From: Allobaculum fili
Lineage (GTDB): Bacteria; Bacillota_I; Bacilli_A; Erysipelotrichales; Erysipelotrichaceae
NCBI RefSeq assembly: GCF_020969955.1
Contig: NZ_JAHDSX010000078.1
Coordinates: forward strand, 1-5,758
Reading direction: 5' to 3'
Length of the DNA: 5,758 bases
This document shows positions 5,549-5,758 of the stretch, in pieces. The stretch's first letter is position 1. Each line of letters opens with the position of its first letter. The notes below the pieces were generated by a model. That model had not been told where the DNA came from. It saw only the letters and a list, made by a program, of their open reading frames with translations, and did no database searches. Position numbers and translations under genes: made by a program.

Positions 5549-5613
5549 CAGGAAAGAAGAAGTTCGACCTGCACCTCGTCCGGGTCTGCAGGCTTTCCTT
5601 TTCTTCTTTCCTG
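5549..5613 (-). promoter_or_regulatory. Long compound hairpin in the 5' leader of the clpP-like operon, ending 4 nt before the SD
   Basis: The outer stem is 13 bp and perfect (5549-5561 CAGGAAAGAAGAA pairs with 5601-5613 TTCTTCTTTCCTG). The inner stem is 6 bp (5568-5573 CCTGCA pairs with 5587-5592 TGCAGG) with a 13-nt loop. No U-tract follows it on either strand, so it is not a classic terminator. Its function is unknown. Confidence 0.5.
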
Positions 5614-5669
5614 TCCTGATTCAGTTATACGAAGTAAGCGTCAAATAAAAGACGGGTATTTTCTCGACC

Positions 5670-5708
5670 GCCTCCTTGGGATAATTCCTTTATTCAAGGA
5701 GGCTTTTT
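5670..5708 (+). promoter_or_regulatory. Terminator-like hairpin that sequesters the SD of the downstream + strand gene
   Basis: The stem is 9 bp and perfect (5670-5678 GCCTCCTTG pairs with 5695-5703 CAAGGAGGC) with a 16-nt loop. It is followed by TTTTT (5704-5708) and then by C and the ATG at 5710. The 3' arm contains the AAGGAGG Shine-Dalgarno. Confidence 0.5.
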
Positions 5709-5709
5709 C

Positions 5710-5758
5710 ATGGAATCAATCATCCCTGCAATCGATCTCGGTATCGATTTCTCCAAAG
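5710..5758 (+). CDS. 5' end of an unidentified protein-coding gene (runs off window), N-terminus MESIIPAIDLGIDFSK
   Basis: The ATG at 5710 is preceded by AAGGAGG (5696-5702) with a 7-nt spacer. The frame stays open to the window end. Only 16 codons are visible. The AIDLG motif is reminiscent of the phosphate-1 motif of actin/Hsp70-like (ASKHA) ATPases, but this is weak evidence. Confidence 0.45.
   Translation, partial: MESIIPAIDLGIDFSK

Noticed and set aside
5624-5636. TTATACGAAGT, matching 10 nt of a loxP arm (TATACGAAGT)
   Set aside because: It is a single half-site only. There is no inverted partner (ACTTCGTATA) or spacer nearby. A 10-mer match is within chance expectation.
5694-5758. 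Alternative reading: a minus-strand gene entering from beyond the window and ending at the TGA at 5694-5696 (C-terminus ...LEKSIPRSIAGMIDSMKKPP)
   Set aside because: This frame is open, so it cannot be formally excluded. The + strand reading has a consensus AAGGAGG-N7-ATG signal. The hairpin has a T-tract only on the + strand, so on the minus strand it would not serve as a terminator for such a gene. It is kept as the less likely option.

Overview
This looks like a chromosomal segment from a Firmicutes-type bacterium. The 16S 5' end has the CATGCCTAATACATGC signature that I associate with Erysipelotrichia, Mollicutes or Bacilli; that lineage call is tentative. Every confident gene is on the minus strand. 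Contents in + coordinates: (1) 1-79 is the extreme 5' end of a 16S rRNA gene. Its leader (about 80-540) holds a boxA-like antiterminator and two candidate sigma-A promoters. (2) 714-763 is a rho-independent terminator closing a three-gene, translationally coupled operon at 843-2736. That operon encodes a YtrA-subfamily GntR repressor, an ABC ATPase and an ABC-2 permease, and a perfect 16-bp palindrome sits in its promoter. (3) 2737-3656 is a gene-poor stretch of about 920 bp. It contains a purine/pyrimidine-arm hairpin, a tandem 18-bp repeat, a + strand ORF whose C-terminal part resembles the end of a LysR effector domain (probably a remnant), and a bidirectional terminator. (4) 3657-5532 is the most interesting part. 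It is a tightly coupled bicistron encoding a ClpP-family serine protease paralogue and a short, apparently membrane-anchor-less ATPase of the type IV coupling protein family (VirD4/TraG/TraD). The protease keeps its Ser-His-Asp triad but has a shortened N-terminal region. No other conjugation, T4SS or phage morphogenesis gene is in the window. I propose it as a candidate undescribed ATPase-protease module, either a defence/conflict system or a non-AAA+ unfoldase-peptidase pair. (5) 5533-5758 is a structured divergent intergenic region followed by the first 16 codons of a + strand gene whose Shine-Dalgarno is locked in a terminator-like hairpin. All family calls rest on motifs read by eye. No database search or folding computation was possible.
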